From the IMG/VR virus record IMGVR_UViG_3300021338_000003, positions 186,001-250,000 of that record: DNA of 64,000 nucleotides; one strand, written 5' to 3'. Of this stretch, positions 18,273-27,541 are shown piece by piece. Below the pieces are notes generated by a model. It did no database searches. It worked only from the letters and a program-made list of their open reading frames with translations, and had not been told where the DNA came from. Position 1 is the first letter of the stretch; each line of letters starts with the position of its first letter. Position numbers and translations under genes: made by a program.

Positions 18273-19562
18273 ATGGAGAAAGGAATGCGCAAGGTTGCGA
18301 TTGCTGCTACCGTCATGGTAGCGATGATTTTGGGACTGTACATGGGTGTACCCAGCACCGAGGCGGAAGCCACCGGGACAAGCTGTGGTACACCGATTCC
18401 CGTGTCCCCGGGTTCACTGACGCTCGGCCTGTATACCCATGTTGGTGAAACCGGAACCCGTGATGGCTTCGGCACTGTCTGGCAGGCTGACCATGCTGCA
18501 GGAGTCGATTCTCGAAATGAAGTCCGTTGGGTCTTCGACGATCAGACCACATGGCCCGCGGTTGTGAACAACCTGGCGAGCAAGGGCATCAGTACCAACG
18601 GTCACGTGGTCGAAGTCGCCCTATATACCGAACAGGCAACACCAAGCACTACGCTCTCATACTCTGACGTGATCGGTGCTTCGGTGTTCCTGCGGGCATG
18701 GGGCAACTATTATCACCGGTTCTTCGTACCGAACGGCACCGGTGGCTTCGTAGAGGATACTAGCCTTCAGGACGAAGTGCAGGCAGGATACGGCTACTCC
18801 TCGTTGTGGGCGATCGGTGACCTCTCCACCGACTCCACCAAGCGGGACCTCACCATGTACAAGATGGAGTCCAGCAATCTGCAACGGTGGGACTGGGTGC
18901 AGACGACAGACGACCTCGATTTTGACATCGGGCGCTTGATCGTCACCCATGGCAATGCGAGTTCGGTTGTGGAGATCGTGACTCCCGGCACTACCGATGG
19001 TCCTGGTGGACCCATCGTTCCGGGCGGTACCGGAACCACCAACCAGTGCACCTCGAAGCCTGCGTGCGTGGACCTGGAGAATACGGCACCTGACTGCAAC
19101 ATCGTTCAGGTTGAGTGCGGTCCGACCGGGAAGACCTACTGGGAAGCCTGCGACTGGTTCGACCTACAAGACAACAACCACATCAACTACGTGGCTGCCG
19201 ATCAGCAGCTGATGTACGACCTGCGCGACCACCTGGTTTCCGACCCGGCGACCGTTCACTACGTTGTTGGTTACTACGGGCTCGGCGCGTTCAACGGAGG
19301 GGCTACCACTGCCCAGCGTGTGGCCGCATACAACCATGCCATCAACGCCGCACGTGTGGTGATGGAGGGCAACCCTAATGACATCGTCATTACGCCGGCC
19401 GGTCGAACCGCCTATGTTGCCTACATCAATACAATGCTCGGTGAGTCGTCTGCCTATGATGTGGTACTCAACCAGGTGAAGGGCAAGATCGATGCGTTGG
19501 AAGGTGATACCCGGGCCGTCTTCTGTACGGATGTCTTCGGCGCCTCCGACTGCAACCTCTGA
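18273..19562 (+). CDS. Predicted exported protein with signal peptide, Cys-rich central region
   Basis: MRKVAIAATVMVAMILGLYMGVPSTEAEA|TG (basic-hydrophobic-AxA); Gly/Pro/Thr linker then Cys cluster. Start may be ATG 18285. Confidence 0.7.
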   Translation: MEKGMRKVAIAATVMVAMILGLYMGVPSTEAEATGTSCGTPIPVSPGSLTLGLYTHVGETGTRDGFGTVWQADHAAGVDSRNEVRWVFDDQTTWPAVVNNLASKGISTNGHVVEVALYTEQATPSTTLSYSDVIGASVFLRAWGNYYHRFFVPNGTGGFVEDTSLQDEVQAGYGYSSLWAIGDLSTDSTKRDLTMYKMESSNLQRWDWVQTTDDLDFDIGRLIVTHGNASSVVEIVTPGTTDGPGGPIVPGGTGTTNQCTSKPACVDLENTAPDCNIVQVECGPTGKTYWEACDWFDLQDNNHINYVAADQQLMYDLRDHLVSDPATVHYVVGYYGLGAFNGGATTAQRVAAYNHAINAARVVMEGNPNDIVITPAGRTAYVAYINTMLGESSAYDVVLNQVKGKIDALEGDTRAVFCTDVFGASDCNL

Positions 19563-19568
19563 TATCTC

Positions 19569-19602
19569 GTGACCCCATCAACAACGCTGTTGATGGGGTC
19601 AC
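19569..19602. terminator. Perfect 15-bp inverted repeat, probable terminator
   Basis: gtgaccccatcaaca-acgc-tgttgatggggtcac just after the exported-protein stop; no U-tract. Confidence 0.6.
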
Positions 19603-19649
19603 CTGTATCCCCACACCAAACAGGTTTGATATAGAACATAGGTGAACCG

Positions 19650-19880
19650 GTGAAACCCAGAAACGTGGTCCGTCAAGTGGTGCTTACTGCTCTTACCTCC
19701 AGAGAAGAGAAATTGGTACCTAAGGCCGAGACGTTTCTTATGGACTGGGTATCTGATGGATGGGGCCCTCTACCTCCTGAAATCCAGGCCATCGATGACA
19801 AGGGTGCAGAACCACTAACCGATGCTGAAAAGAAGGTTCTCGTAGACTGGTTCTACAAGAACGCCCCGGGGAATTACTGA
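19650..19880 (+). CDS. Hypothetical small protein
   Basis: GTG start after AGGTG; coupled to next gene. Confidence 0.5.
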   Translation: MKPRNVVRQVVLTALTSREEKLVPKAETFLMDWVSDGWGPLPPEIQAIDDKGAEPLTDAEKKVLVDWFYKNAPGNY

Positions 19881-20719
19881 TGAACCCTCTTGAAAAGATT
19901 CTGACCGCCTATACCATCGAAGAGCCCCGGGATCGTCCCGAGGAACCCGAATACCCCTTCGAAGCCCAAATCGAGTATCAGGGGCTGGCCCTAGACATCG
20001 AGAATCTTAAGGGGAGCACTCGATCTGGCGTCGACGAAAATGGTAACAAGTGGGAATCGACCATGTATGCTCACTACGGTGAGCTTCGCGGTCAAAATGC
20101 TCCTGACGGTGATTACCTTGATGTTTTTGTAGGCCCCGAAGATGACGCCCAATGGGTATTCGTGGTCCACCAGGTGCACCCGGGCGGGCACGAGAAGGCA
20201 GGCCAATTCGACGAAGACAAGGTGATGCTGGGGTTCTCTTCTGCGGACGATGCCATCTCCTGCTACCTCAAGCACTATGACCGCCCTGACTACTTCGGTG
20301 GAGTGACCATGGTATCAATGCCTGAGTTCAAGGCGTGGGTCAGCCATCCAGACTCTGATAGTAAGCCCGTCCAACCACCCGCCCAATGGAAAACCGACTA
20401 TCTTCGTCCGAGGAAGAAAGACATGAACATTGAAGCCATGTCCAACCCACTGACCCGGACGAAGGAAATCATCCGGACCCTGGAAGAGAAACTTCGGGCC
20501 GCCCAGAAGAAGCTGAAGAAGGCAAGGGCAAATCACAAGAAGGCCACGACCATCACGCAAAAGGTGCGGTACAACACGGCCGTGAAGTGGCACCAGAAGA
20601 CCGTCAAAAGCTTGAAGCAGGAAATCCGCGAGGAAAAGCAAGTCCTCCGAGATGACACCAAGCTTTTGAAGAAGGAGAAGAAGGCGTCTCTTGAAACGGT
20701 GATCGCCAAGTTCTCATAG
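19880..20719 (+). CDS. Phage polyvalent-protein type inorganic-pyrophosphatase-like (InPase) domain plus Lys-rich coiled coil
   Basis: YQGLALDIENLKGSTRSGVD..W..TMYAHYGEL..DGDYLDVFVGP..FDEDKVMLGF..A..YL..Y; basic helical tail. Confidence 0.75.
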   Translation: MNPLEKILTAYTIEEPRDRPEEPEYPFEAQIEYQGLALDIENLKGSTRSGVDENGNKWESTMYAHYGELRGQNAPDGDYLDVFVGPEDDAQWVFVVHQVHPGGHEKAGQFDEDKVMLGFSSADDAISCYLKHYDRPDYFGGVTMVSMPEFKAWVSHPDSDSKPVQPPAQWKTDYLRPRKKDMNIEAMSNPLTRTKEIIRTLEEKLRAAQKKLKKARANHKKATTITQKVRYNTAVKWHQKTVKSLKQEIREEKQVLRDDTKLLKKEKKASLETVIAKFS

Positions 20720-20720
20720 G

Positions 20721-20749
20721 TTGACATATCTGTTGTGCCATGTTATAAT
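20721..20749 (+). promoter_or_regulatory. Sigma70-type promoter, copy 2
   Basis: TTGACA-17 nt (ending TGCCATGT)-TATAAT, perfect consensus. Confidence 0.9.
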
Positions 20750-20769
20750 GCTAGGATGGGAGAGATGAA

Positions 20770-21702
20770 ATGAGCATCAAGAAGGTCATCGAGAAGTACG
20801 AAACCACCGCTTCTATGAGCCGCCAGGACTTCAACCAAGCCGTTCAGAAGGTTTGGGGAGGAGAAACCCCGGAGGGGTTGGTTGTCATCAGTCCCACTGA
20901 GTTTGCGTCCCACAGGGGGCTGTCATCTGACGCAAAGTCGATGATTCGAAAAGAACCGAAGGTGCCGGATACCAGACACCGCGGTCGGACGGAGTGGCTT
21001 CCATCTCAGTATATCCAGAACTGGGATTGGAACAATGGTGGTCTCTCCATCAGTTGGAACTGGGAGCAGAGGAAGGTCATCCTTCCCGAGGGGTGGGAGG
21101 ACGACCGCAAGTTCATTCGATCTGTCAATGACTTCTATACCGCAGTGAAGGAGCAACTCCGGGTCACCGAGGAGGGGTGGATTGTCTACTCCTCTCGGGG
21201 CATCGTAGGGAGTGTGTCCCGACAATTTGGGGTTTCTATGAACCGTGCCGAGGCCGTCTTTGAAAAGAACAAGGATGAAGCTCTCCGGCAGACGGAAATC
21301 ATGAGGATTCGACTGCCCATCGCCAGTCCTGTGAATGGGAAGGTCCTCATGATTCGCGACGAGCAAAGCGTAGTCGACTTCCTGGGGACCAAGCTCAAAA
21401 AGTCTCCTGACTTGTACGTGTACGTCGAAGGATATGCCGAGGCCCCCCAAGACCCGGATGAGGAAGTCGATTCCTACAGCGCGTTTGATGGGTGGTCTCA
21501 GAAGGACCTCATCCTCGAACACATTGCCGACATTGATGCATTCGAAGCTGACCGCGACGGGCATTCGGTCATGGCCCTGTGCGGTCCCTTCAAGAGCGCG
21601 GCTGCAAAAAGAGCCTTCATGAAGAAGATTGGCCTCAGCTCAAGGCAAGAGAAGAAGAACCGCGAAACCGCCAAGGCATACGGAACCTTCCAGTCCTACT
21701 AG
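20770..21702 (+). CDS. Hypothetical protein with MSIK..KY..A|S leader
   Basis: Starts MSIKKVIEKYETTASM; GGGAG SD. Confidence 0.75.
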   Translation: MSIKKVIEKYETTASMSRQDFNQAVQKVWGGETPEGLVVISPTEFASHRGLSSDAKSMIRKEPKVPDTRHRGRTEWLPSQYIQNWDWNNGGLSISWNWEQRKVILPEGWEDDRKFIRSVNDFYTAVKEQLRVTEEGWIVYSSRGIVGSVSRQFGVSMNRAEAVFEKNKDEALRQTEIMRIRLPIASPVNGKVLMIRDEQSVVDFLGTKLKKSPDLYVYVEGYAEAPQDPDEEVDSYSAFDGWSQKDLILEHIADIDAFEADRDGHSVMALCGPFKSAAAKRAFMKKIGLSSRQEKKNRETAKAYGTFQSY

Positions 21703-21734
21703 TCCGAAGACCCCGCGCCAAGGATAGAACCAAA

Positions 21735-22181
21735 ATGAACCAGCCTCGGGCCAGGACCATGGCCCAGCAAATTACAGGTTGCTCGGTTGTTTTGACCGAC
21801 AATCCTGACGGGTGGTATCAACACCCGGGATTCATCGAGATACCTCGTGGAAAGGGTCGCAAGGAGGCCCTCATCCATGAAGTGTGTCATTGGGTTGTAG
21901 CCAACGACCTTGAGAGAAAGGAAGAAAACCTGGGCATGCCCAAAGACCCCCAGGTTGACCAGTTGAGCCTCTCGAAGGTTATGCGCGAACTTCGAGAACA
22001 ACAGGCTTGCTTTCTTCAAAAAATCCTCTATGCCATGGATGGTAGAGAGGTCCCCCGCAACCCATCATGTCGTTTTCGGCTCATGGTCCCGCTGGGTGTC
22101 GACCACTCGAAGTGGGTGTTTGACCGAGCCCGAGAGATCGGATGGGAGAAATTGTACGTCTTGGTATCAAGGCCCTGGTAG
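21735..22181 (+). CDS. HExxH metalloprotease-motif protein
   Basis: ALIHEVCHW; start ATG 21735 in frame with track ORF. Confidence 0.55.
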   Translation: MNQPRARTMAQQITGCSVVLTDNPDGWYQHPGFIEIPRGKGRKEALIHEVCHWVVANDLERKEENLGMPKDPQVDQLSLSKVMRELREQQACFLQKILYAMDGREVPRNPSCRFRLMVPLGVDHSKWVFDRAREIGWEKLYVLVSRPW

Positions 22182-22189
22182 GAGAAACA

Positions 22190-22591
22190 ATGAGCATCAA
22201 AGAAGTAATTGCAAAGTACAAAGTCACTGCCTCGGGCCATGATCAAGAGATGATTAGCCATAGTCATGACTGGGTCAAATATGTTGACACAGAGGGGTGG
22301 GATCGACTATGGGATGACAGTCTCAGACACGTCGCTCCCGAGGGCTACCTCAGGCATATTGAAGATGATGACTTGCAGTACCACATCATCATCTGGCTTG
22401 ATGAAAGACTCTATGACTTCTTGAAGGAGAAGGGCATGGAGATAGACGGAAGAAAGTGGGATGAGGACCTCTCGCAAGCTAGACAAAAGATGATAGAGGT
22501 TGCTTGCAGAAAGTCCGACATACTTGAAGGACGTATCAGGCCAGAAGAAATAGAGAAGGTTATCAAGAGCATACCCGATTACATCACCTGA
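22190..22591 (+). CDS. Hypothetical protein with MSIK..KY..A|S leader
   Basis: AGGAG SD then MSIKEVIAKYKVTASG. Confidence 0.75.
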   Translation: MSIKEVIAKYKVTASGHDQEMISHSHDWVKYVDTEGWDRLWDDSLRHVAPEGYLRHIEDDDLQYHIIIWLDERLYDFLKEKGMEIDGRKWDEDLSQARQKMIEVACRKSDILEGRIRPEEIEKVIKSIPDYIT

Positions 22592-22636
22592 GGTTCCTGG
22601 GCGCTAGGTGGAAGATATCAAATGAGGTATCTTCCT

Positions 22637-23503
22637 ATGTCCAAGATGATCACAGGACTGGCAGAAATCGACCCCTACAACCCTCTTGTGGTGTTGGAGG
22701 GGTCGAAGATTATCGAGGAAGTGCGCGAGTCTATCGTGGGGTCGGGCTCCGATCGGAGACTTGAGCGTACCGCGGTTGTGGCTTCTACCACCGAGGGTGG
22801 GTCCATCAAGCGGCGCCCCATGGATGTGTCCTGGCTGGCTGGCGCCAGTGAGGCATACAATATATCAGCCGATGTCCGGGACTACATCTTCGTTAATGTT
22901 CCGATCGTCACGGCCGATTTCCCTAACCGAAACATGGACTGCTTCACGTATGAGGAGCTGACTACTTTCAGCCCAGTTCTGGGTCGCTTCGTCTACGGGT
23001 CTTTCAAAGCCAAGCCGATGCACCTCAACCACAAGAACAAGAACCCCCTAGAGGCCAAGGGGGTCCACTTCGATGCCACACTCCGGAAGTACAAAGTATG
23101 GCCTGGGAAGCAAGGGTATCAGAGCAACAACACCCAGCCTCGCGAACTCTGGAAGGTTCGGGTCATGTTGGGAGCTTGTCGCCAGAAAGACCCCAAGGTT
23201 GCCCAGAGCATCCTTGACAAAAAGCGCACCGGGTATTCTATGGGTGCCTGGATCGACCACGCCTTCTGCTCGGTCTGCCACAATGACAACATGCGCCAGA
23301 AGTGCACCCACCGCCAGCGGGGCAAGGGTTCCATTTCCGCTGACGGCCGCTTGGTATATGACTGCGTGGCTGGTGTCAACTTCTTCGAAACCTCGGTCCT
23401 CGATGAAGAGCCGGCAGACCCTGATGCCTGGGCTCCCGATGGTGTTTGGGCCCCACACCTGCAGCCCAACATCTGGGCATCCTCCTTGGAGGCTGTGCTG
23501 TGA
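22637..23503 (+). CDS. Prohead maturation protease (HK97/herpes assemblin fold)
   Basis: NRNMDCF, KPMHLNH (catalytic His position), TGYSMGA (catalytic Ser), CSVC Zn motif; upstream of scaffold and MCP. Start ATG 22637 after GAGGT (track 22622). Confidence 0.75.
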   Translation: MSKMITGLAEIDPYNPLVVLEGSKIIEEVRESIVGSGSDRRLERTAVVASTTEGGSIKRRPMDVSWLAGASEAYNISADVRDYIFVNVPIVTADFPNRNMDCFTYEELTTFSPVLGRFVYGSFKAKPMHLNHKNKNPLEAKGVHFDATLRKYKVWPGKQGYQSNNTQPRELWKVRVMLGACRQKDPKVAQSILDKKRTGYSMGAWIDHAFCSVCHNDNMRQKCTHRQRGKGSISADGRLVYDCVAGVNFFETSVLDEEPADPDAWAPDGVWAPHLQPNIWASSLEAVL

Positions 23504-23787
23504 GCGACTATATATACCTTGAAGTCACCGTTCTGGTCAGGCACCCCGAGAAGTTCGAGGGATTCAACTTCGAAAATGCAGCAAAGGACCTGGGCCTTTC
23601 ACCTGACCGGCGAGGAAACACCCTCCCTATTCGCACTGACCCTAGAATGGCCAGTGTTCACTTCTGGGGTCGATTCCCTATGGGGCCCGGGCTGCAGGAC
23701 TCCATTCAGAGGCGTGCCGAGTCCGCACTCAGTCCCCTGGGCGTGCGTCGAGTTATCATCAGAGCACCTACGCCGAGGTTCATGTGA
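23500..23787 (+). CDS. Hypothetical small protein
   Basis: GTGA coupling after GGAGG. Confidence 0.55.
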   Translation: MSDYIYLEVTVLVRHPEKFEGFNFENAAKDLGLSPDRRGNTLPIRTDPRMASVHFWGRFPMGPGLQDSIQRRAESALSPLGVRRVIIRAPTPRFM

Positions 23788-24371
23788 CTATCCGCCATAT
23801 CATCCGGGAGCAAATGGAAATCGAGGCTGCTGTCCCCGCCTGGCTGGCGTCCATGGGTGGAGCCGCAGTTGCCGTCGGTCTTCGTTTTGCCTTGAAGAAG
23901 GTGCTCCAGTCTGCGATGAAGGCCATGGCCAAGCAAGCAGCCAAGAAGGCTGCCCAGCAGGGCGCGAAGAAAATCACCCAGAAGGGTGCCCAGAAGGTAT
24001 TGATGAATCCGAAGGTTATCAAGCCGGCCATGCGGAGAAAGATTGCTCAGAAGGGTATATCCGATTCCGAGATTGATGAGGTCATCAAAAACATGGACTC
24101 GTCAGTGGGCGAGAAAGCCCAGAAACTCGTGTTCTCCTATCTGGTTGAGAAGGGTACAGCCAACAAGACCCTAACCGAACAGGATGTGGCAGACCTCAAG
24201 GCCGGAAAGGCTCCGAAGGGTACCACTTCTCCTACCGCCAGTGGGAAGAAGGGAAAGAACGGCGAAAAGCCCCCGAAGGGCTACGAAAAAGTCAAGAGTA
24301 GCAAGAAAAATGCATATCGTCGCAAAAAGGACGATGGCACGTACGACTACTGGTACCCCTCCAAGAAGTGA
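23784..24371 (+). CDS. Lys/Ala-rich putative head-core protein
   Basis: IEAAVPAWLASMGG amphipathic segment then very basic tail; in head operon. Confidence 0.6.
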   Translation: MTIRHIIREQMEIEAAVPAWLASMGGAAVAVGLRFALKKVLQSAMKAMAKQAAKKAAQQGAKKITQKGAQKVLMNPKVIKPAMRRKIAQKGISDSEIDEVIKNMDSSVGEKAQKLVFSYLVEKGTANKTLTEQDVADLKAGKAPKGTTSPTASGKKGKNGEKPPKGYEKVKSSKKNAYRRKKDDGTYDYWYPSKK

Positions 24372-24520
24372 TATGGGCGCACTTGCATGCAAGTGGGAAT
24401 CCTATTTCTGGAGATGACATATCGTTAATTCGATATTGGATATCAAATCCGTCTCGAAGTGCCACTGCTTCTACCCAAAGTGGACCATGCACCCTACCTC
24501 TTGAATTTTGAATCCACCGC

Positions 24521-26689
24521 ATGGAAAATACCTCAAAGGAGTATACCGTGCCGAATGACCTCCGCAAGATTCGCGCAAAGCAGCAGCAGATGGACGCTAT
24601 CACTGCTTCCATGGATGAGGGCAACACTGACGAGATGCCCACGAACGAAGATGGGAATGGTGCCGAAGCTGGTAGTGATACCGTTGACCTCGATTCTCTT
24701 GACCTCTCTGCCTACATGGACGAGTCCAATGTAACCGCCGCCCCTATTGTCACCGCCGCAGACGACTGCGATGAGGACGAGGACGAGGATGAGGATGATG
24801 AGGACGAGGATGATGAGGACGATGGCAAGGCTACCGCTGGTTTCCAGAAGGGTGACAGCAAGTCTGATGACTCCGATGACTCTGATGATTCCGACGACTC
24901 TGATGATTCCAACGACTCTGACGACTCTGATGATTCCGACGACTCTGATGAGAAGGGCAAGGCCGAGGCCATGACTTCCGAGGCCCGTTGGTTCGAGGAC
25001 CACGTTGCCGCTGCCCTGATCGACGCCGGCCTCAACGACCTCGAAATCGACACCCGAGAGGCAGCTGCCACTTCCCTGTCGAACCGTGCTCACATCGAGG
25101 GTTCTGCCTTCATCCAGGCCATGTCCGATGATGATTTCAGTCGGATGCAGAAGGATATGGTTCCCCTCTACCAAGAGACTCTTCGTATCACCAAGAAGAT
25201 CCGCGAGGCCCAGGCCGAGGCTATGAAGGTTCAGGAAAACCTTCGCGCCAACAAGAAGGTCGAGGCTGCTGCTGACATGGGCCGCGAAATTCGTGACGCT
25301 ATGTTCCAGGATATCGAAGACTCGAACCTCGACTATCATGCCCCCCAGTGGCTTCAGACCCTCGTGGCTGGCTTCTTGGGCAGCGATTCCAAGGAGACTC
25401 AGATGGATACCCCGACCGTTGAGGAGCGTGCGGCTGCTGCGGCGCCGGAGACAGCCCCCACGAAGCCCAAGAAGCCCAAGAAGCCCGCTGCTCACAAGCC
25501 TCGGACGGCCAGTGTGAAGCCTAGCCCTCGGAAGACCAGCCCCATTCAGGCTGCTTTCGAGGCCACGGCTACAGCTGTTGCTGAGATGGTCAAGATTGGC
25601 GATCTCCCCGGCGCTGCTCGCCTCGTCTGCTTTGAGGACTCTGAGGATGCCCGTCAGGCCGTTCAGGTCATGGCTGGTCTCGTGAAGTCTGGCCAGCATT
25701 CCCGGGCTGCCCATATGGTCAACGACCTTCGCACGGCTGTTCTTACGGCTCCCAAGCAGGAGGGTGGTGAGGCCCAAGGTGAGGTCACCGCTGGTGTTGA
25801 AGCTGCTCAACCGATGCATGCTGTCCTTCTGGCCCAGCCCAAGGACTTCGGTGAGGTCAGCGAGGATGAGGTGTCCGTCATCCTCCACGCCGAGGCTTCC
25901 GAGGATCCCTACTACACTGTCATCGTGCAGGGTATGCCGGTGGGTGAGATTCACCTTGCCGACCAGGGTGACCCCGATGAGTATCGTGCGACCTTCGCCG
26001 ATGTCAATGTCTACGGTCGTGGTATCCGTCACGCCGTAGCCAACTTCGGTGTCGAGGATGCCCTGAGCAACTTCGAGGCTCGCTATTTCGTCACCGCCTT
26101 CGATAGCCACGCCGAGATGGGTCGCATCAAGGATGAGGCTGCTGCTCTGGCTGCCGAGGCTATCAACGCCAAGGTTGCCGAGGCTACTGCGGAGATCGTG
26201 GACTTCATGATCCTCGCCCACGAGGGTATCCGTCGCAACGCCTACACCGTCGACGATCCACTGAAGTTCTCCCTGTACGAGACCCTCAAGAGCGCCGGTG
26301 TACGTGAGGCCAACATCCCCAATTTGGTAGAGCAGGCCATCAACATGCCCCTAGCCGTCGATGGCAGCAACGAGCGTACCGCTGCTATGTCGATGTACCT
26401 GGAGATCCTCGCTGAGAAGGCCAAGGAGTTCCAGAATATGGACCCGGCTGCTCTGGAGCACATCACCAAGACCATCATCAACGCCCCTGTCCGTAGCCGT
26501 TCGGCCTCGGTTGAGGCGGTGGCCATGCCCCAGACTCTCCGCGAGCGTCTTGCCAGCAACAACCAGCCGGTCATCAATGTGGGAGATCCGATCACCCCGG
26601 ACCCCCACCCCTCCACTTCGAATAGCACTGCCGAGGATCTTCGCCGTGCTCTCGATCTGAGTCACGGATATCGGAACCGTCGGTCCTGA
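24521..26689 (+). CDS. Prohead scaffold/core protein
   Basis: Long acidic Ala-rich protein with D/E tracts between protease and capsid genes; many V/I-x-A|A/S motifs. Confidence 0.65.
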   Translation: MENTSKEYTVPNDLRKIRAKQQQMDAITASMDEGNTDEMPTNEDGNGAEAGSDTVDLDSLDLSAYMDESNVTAAPIVTAADDCDEDEDEDEDDEDEDDEDDGKATAGFQKGDSKSDDSDDSDDSDDSDDSNDSDDSDDSDDSDEKGKAEAMTSEARWFEDHVAAALIDAGLNDLEIDTREAAATSLSNRAHIEGSAFIQAMSDDDFSRMQKDMVPLYQETLRITKKIREAQAEAMKVQENLRANKKVEAAADMGREIRDAMFQDIEDSNLDYHAPQWLQTLVAGFLGSDSKETQMDTPTVEERAAAAAPETAPTKPKKPKKPAAHKPRTASVKPSPRKTSPIQAAFEATATAVAEMVKIGDLPGAARLVCFEDSEDARQAVQVMAGLVKSGQHSRAAHMVNDLRTAVLTAPKQEGGEAQGEVTAGVEAAQPMHAVLLAQPKDFGEVSEDEVSVILHAEASEDPYYTVIVQGMPVGEIHLADQGDPDEYRATFADVNVYGRGIRHAVANFGVEDALSNFEARYFVTAFDSHAEMGRIKDEAAALAAEAINAKVAEATAEIVDFMILAHEGIRRNAYTVDDPLKFSLYETLKSAGVREANIPNLVEQAINMPLAVDGSNERTAAMSMYLEILAEKAKEFQNMDPAALEHITKTIINAPVRSRSASVEAVAMPQTLRERLASNNQPVINVGDPITPDPHPSTSNSTAEDLRRALDLSHGYRNRRS
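24768..24950 (+). repeat. Coding low-complexity repeats: (GAT/GAC GAG)n and 9-bp TC[TC]GA[TC]GA[TC] x~10 encoding (SDD)n
   Basis: Read directly; 9-bp period 24864-24950. Confidence 0.85.
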
Positions 26690-26787
26690 TGCTTCGGGGA
26701 TATTTGATATCCCCATCACCTCTTCAATCACCTCAATAGATATCAAATAGGGTGGAAATCCCATCCGCCAAACAAGGGAAAATCACA

Positions 26788-27528
26788 ATGGCAATCGACC
26801 TCAAGAAGACCGACTCCGATCTCGATATCGAAGTCCCTCTGGGCCTCGGCCAGTCCTTCACCGAGGAAGGCCAGCTCGTCATTGGTACGCTGGCCTCCGG
26901 TGAGGAAGTGGCGAATGTTGGGACCGCAGCGGCCAGCCTGAAGCTTCTCGGCTTCGCCAAGCTGGACACCGTGTCCCCGGCTTCGACTCGGACCTTCAGC
27001 ACCACGGGTACCATCCCGAGTGCTGCAGCCTATACCATCAGCATCGGTCACACCCTCGTGACCAGCGACATCAATGCTGATGGTGATGTCCGGGTGCAGC
27101 GTGTTGATACGGGTGCCTACCTCACTCTCGCTTCTGGTGCTCCGGCGTCCGGTGAGTTTCAGCTTTCCGACGCAGCCAACGGTGTCCTGACCTTCAACTC
27201 GGCTCAGGCTGGGCTGCAGGTCCGCATCTGGGCCCGGGTGACCATGAGTGCCCGTGAGCGTGATGGTCTGTACCAGCAGCGCCACATCAACAGCAACGCT
27301 CAGGGAGACCTGGAGCGCGTTGGTGTGATCTCGGGTACCGGCGTCATCTACACCGACCAGTACGACATGTCCGTCACGGATTGGACGTCTGGCGATCTCC
27401 GCACCGGTGCGGGTGGCGTGATCACCGTTGGTGGTGGTGGCACTGTCCTGGACGGCTCGGTTTCCGTCATCCACGTTCCGAGCCTCGACGAGCCTATGCT
27501 CGGCCTGCGGTTCACCCTCGGCCGCTGA
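26788..27528 (+). CDS. Capsid decoration/minor head protein
   Basis: Gly/Ala/Thr-rich beta-type protein upstream of MCP; start ATG 26788 after AAGGG. Confidence 0.55.
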   Translation: MAIDLKKTDSDLDIEVPLGLGQSFTEEGQLVIGTLASGEEVANVGTAAASLKLLGFAKLDTVSPASTRTFSTTGTIPSAAAYTISIGHTLVTSDINADGDVRVQRVDTGAYLTLASGAPASGEFQLSDAANGVLTFNSAQAGLQVRIWARVTMSARERDGLYQQRHINSNAQGDLERVGVISGTGVIYTDQYDMSVTDWTSGDLRTGAGGVITVGGGGTVLDGSVSVIHVPSLDEPMLGLRFTLGR

Positions 27529-27541
27529 GGCTAGACCTTCG

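Noticed and set aside
24864-24950. Short tandem repeats that might be a CRISPR array
   Set aside because: 9-bp period with no spacers, in frame as (SDD)n.
24533-26221. 562-aa minus-strand ORF opposite the scaffold (also 3758-4747, 26743-27474, 33534-34718, 44027-45061 minus; 35246-36400, 36694-37512, 62502-63359 plus)
   Set aside because: Shadow frames caused by strong codon bias of the real genes; no RBS, motifs or protein-like composition.
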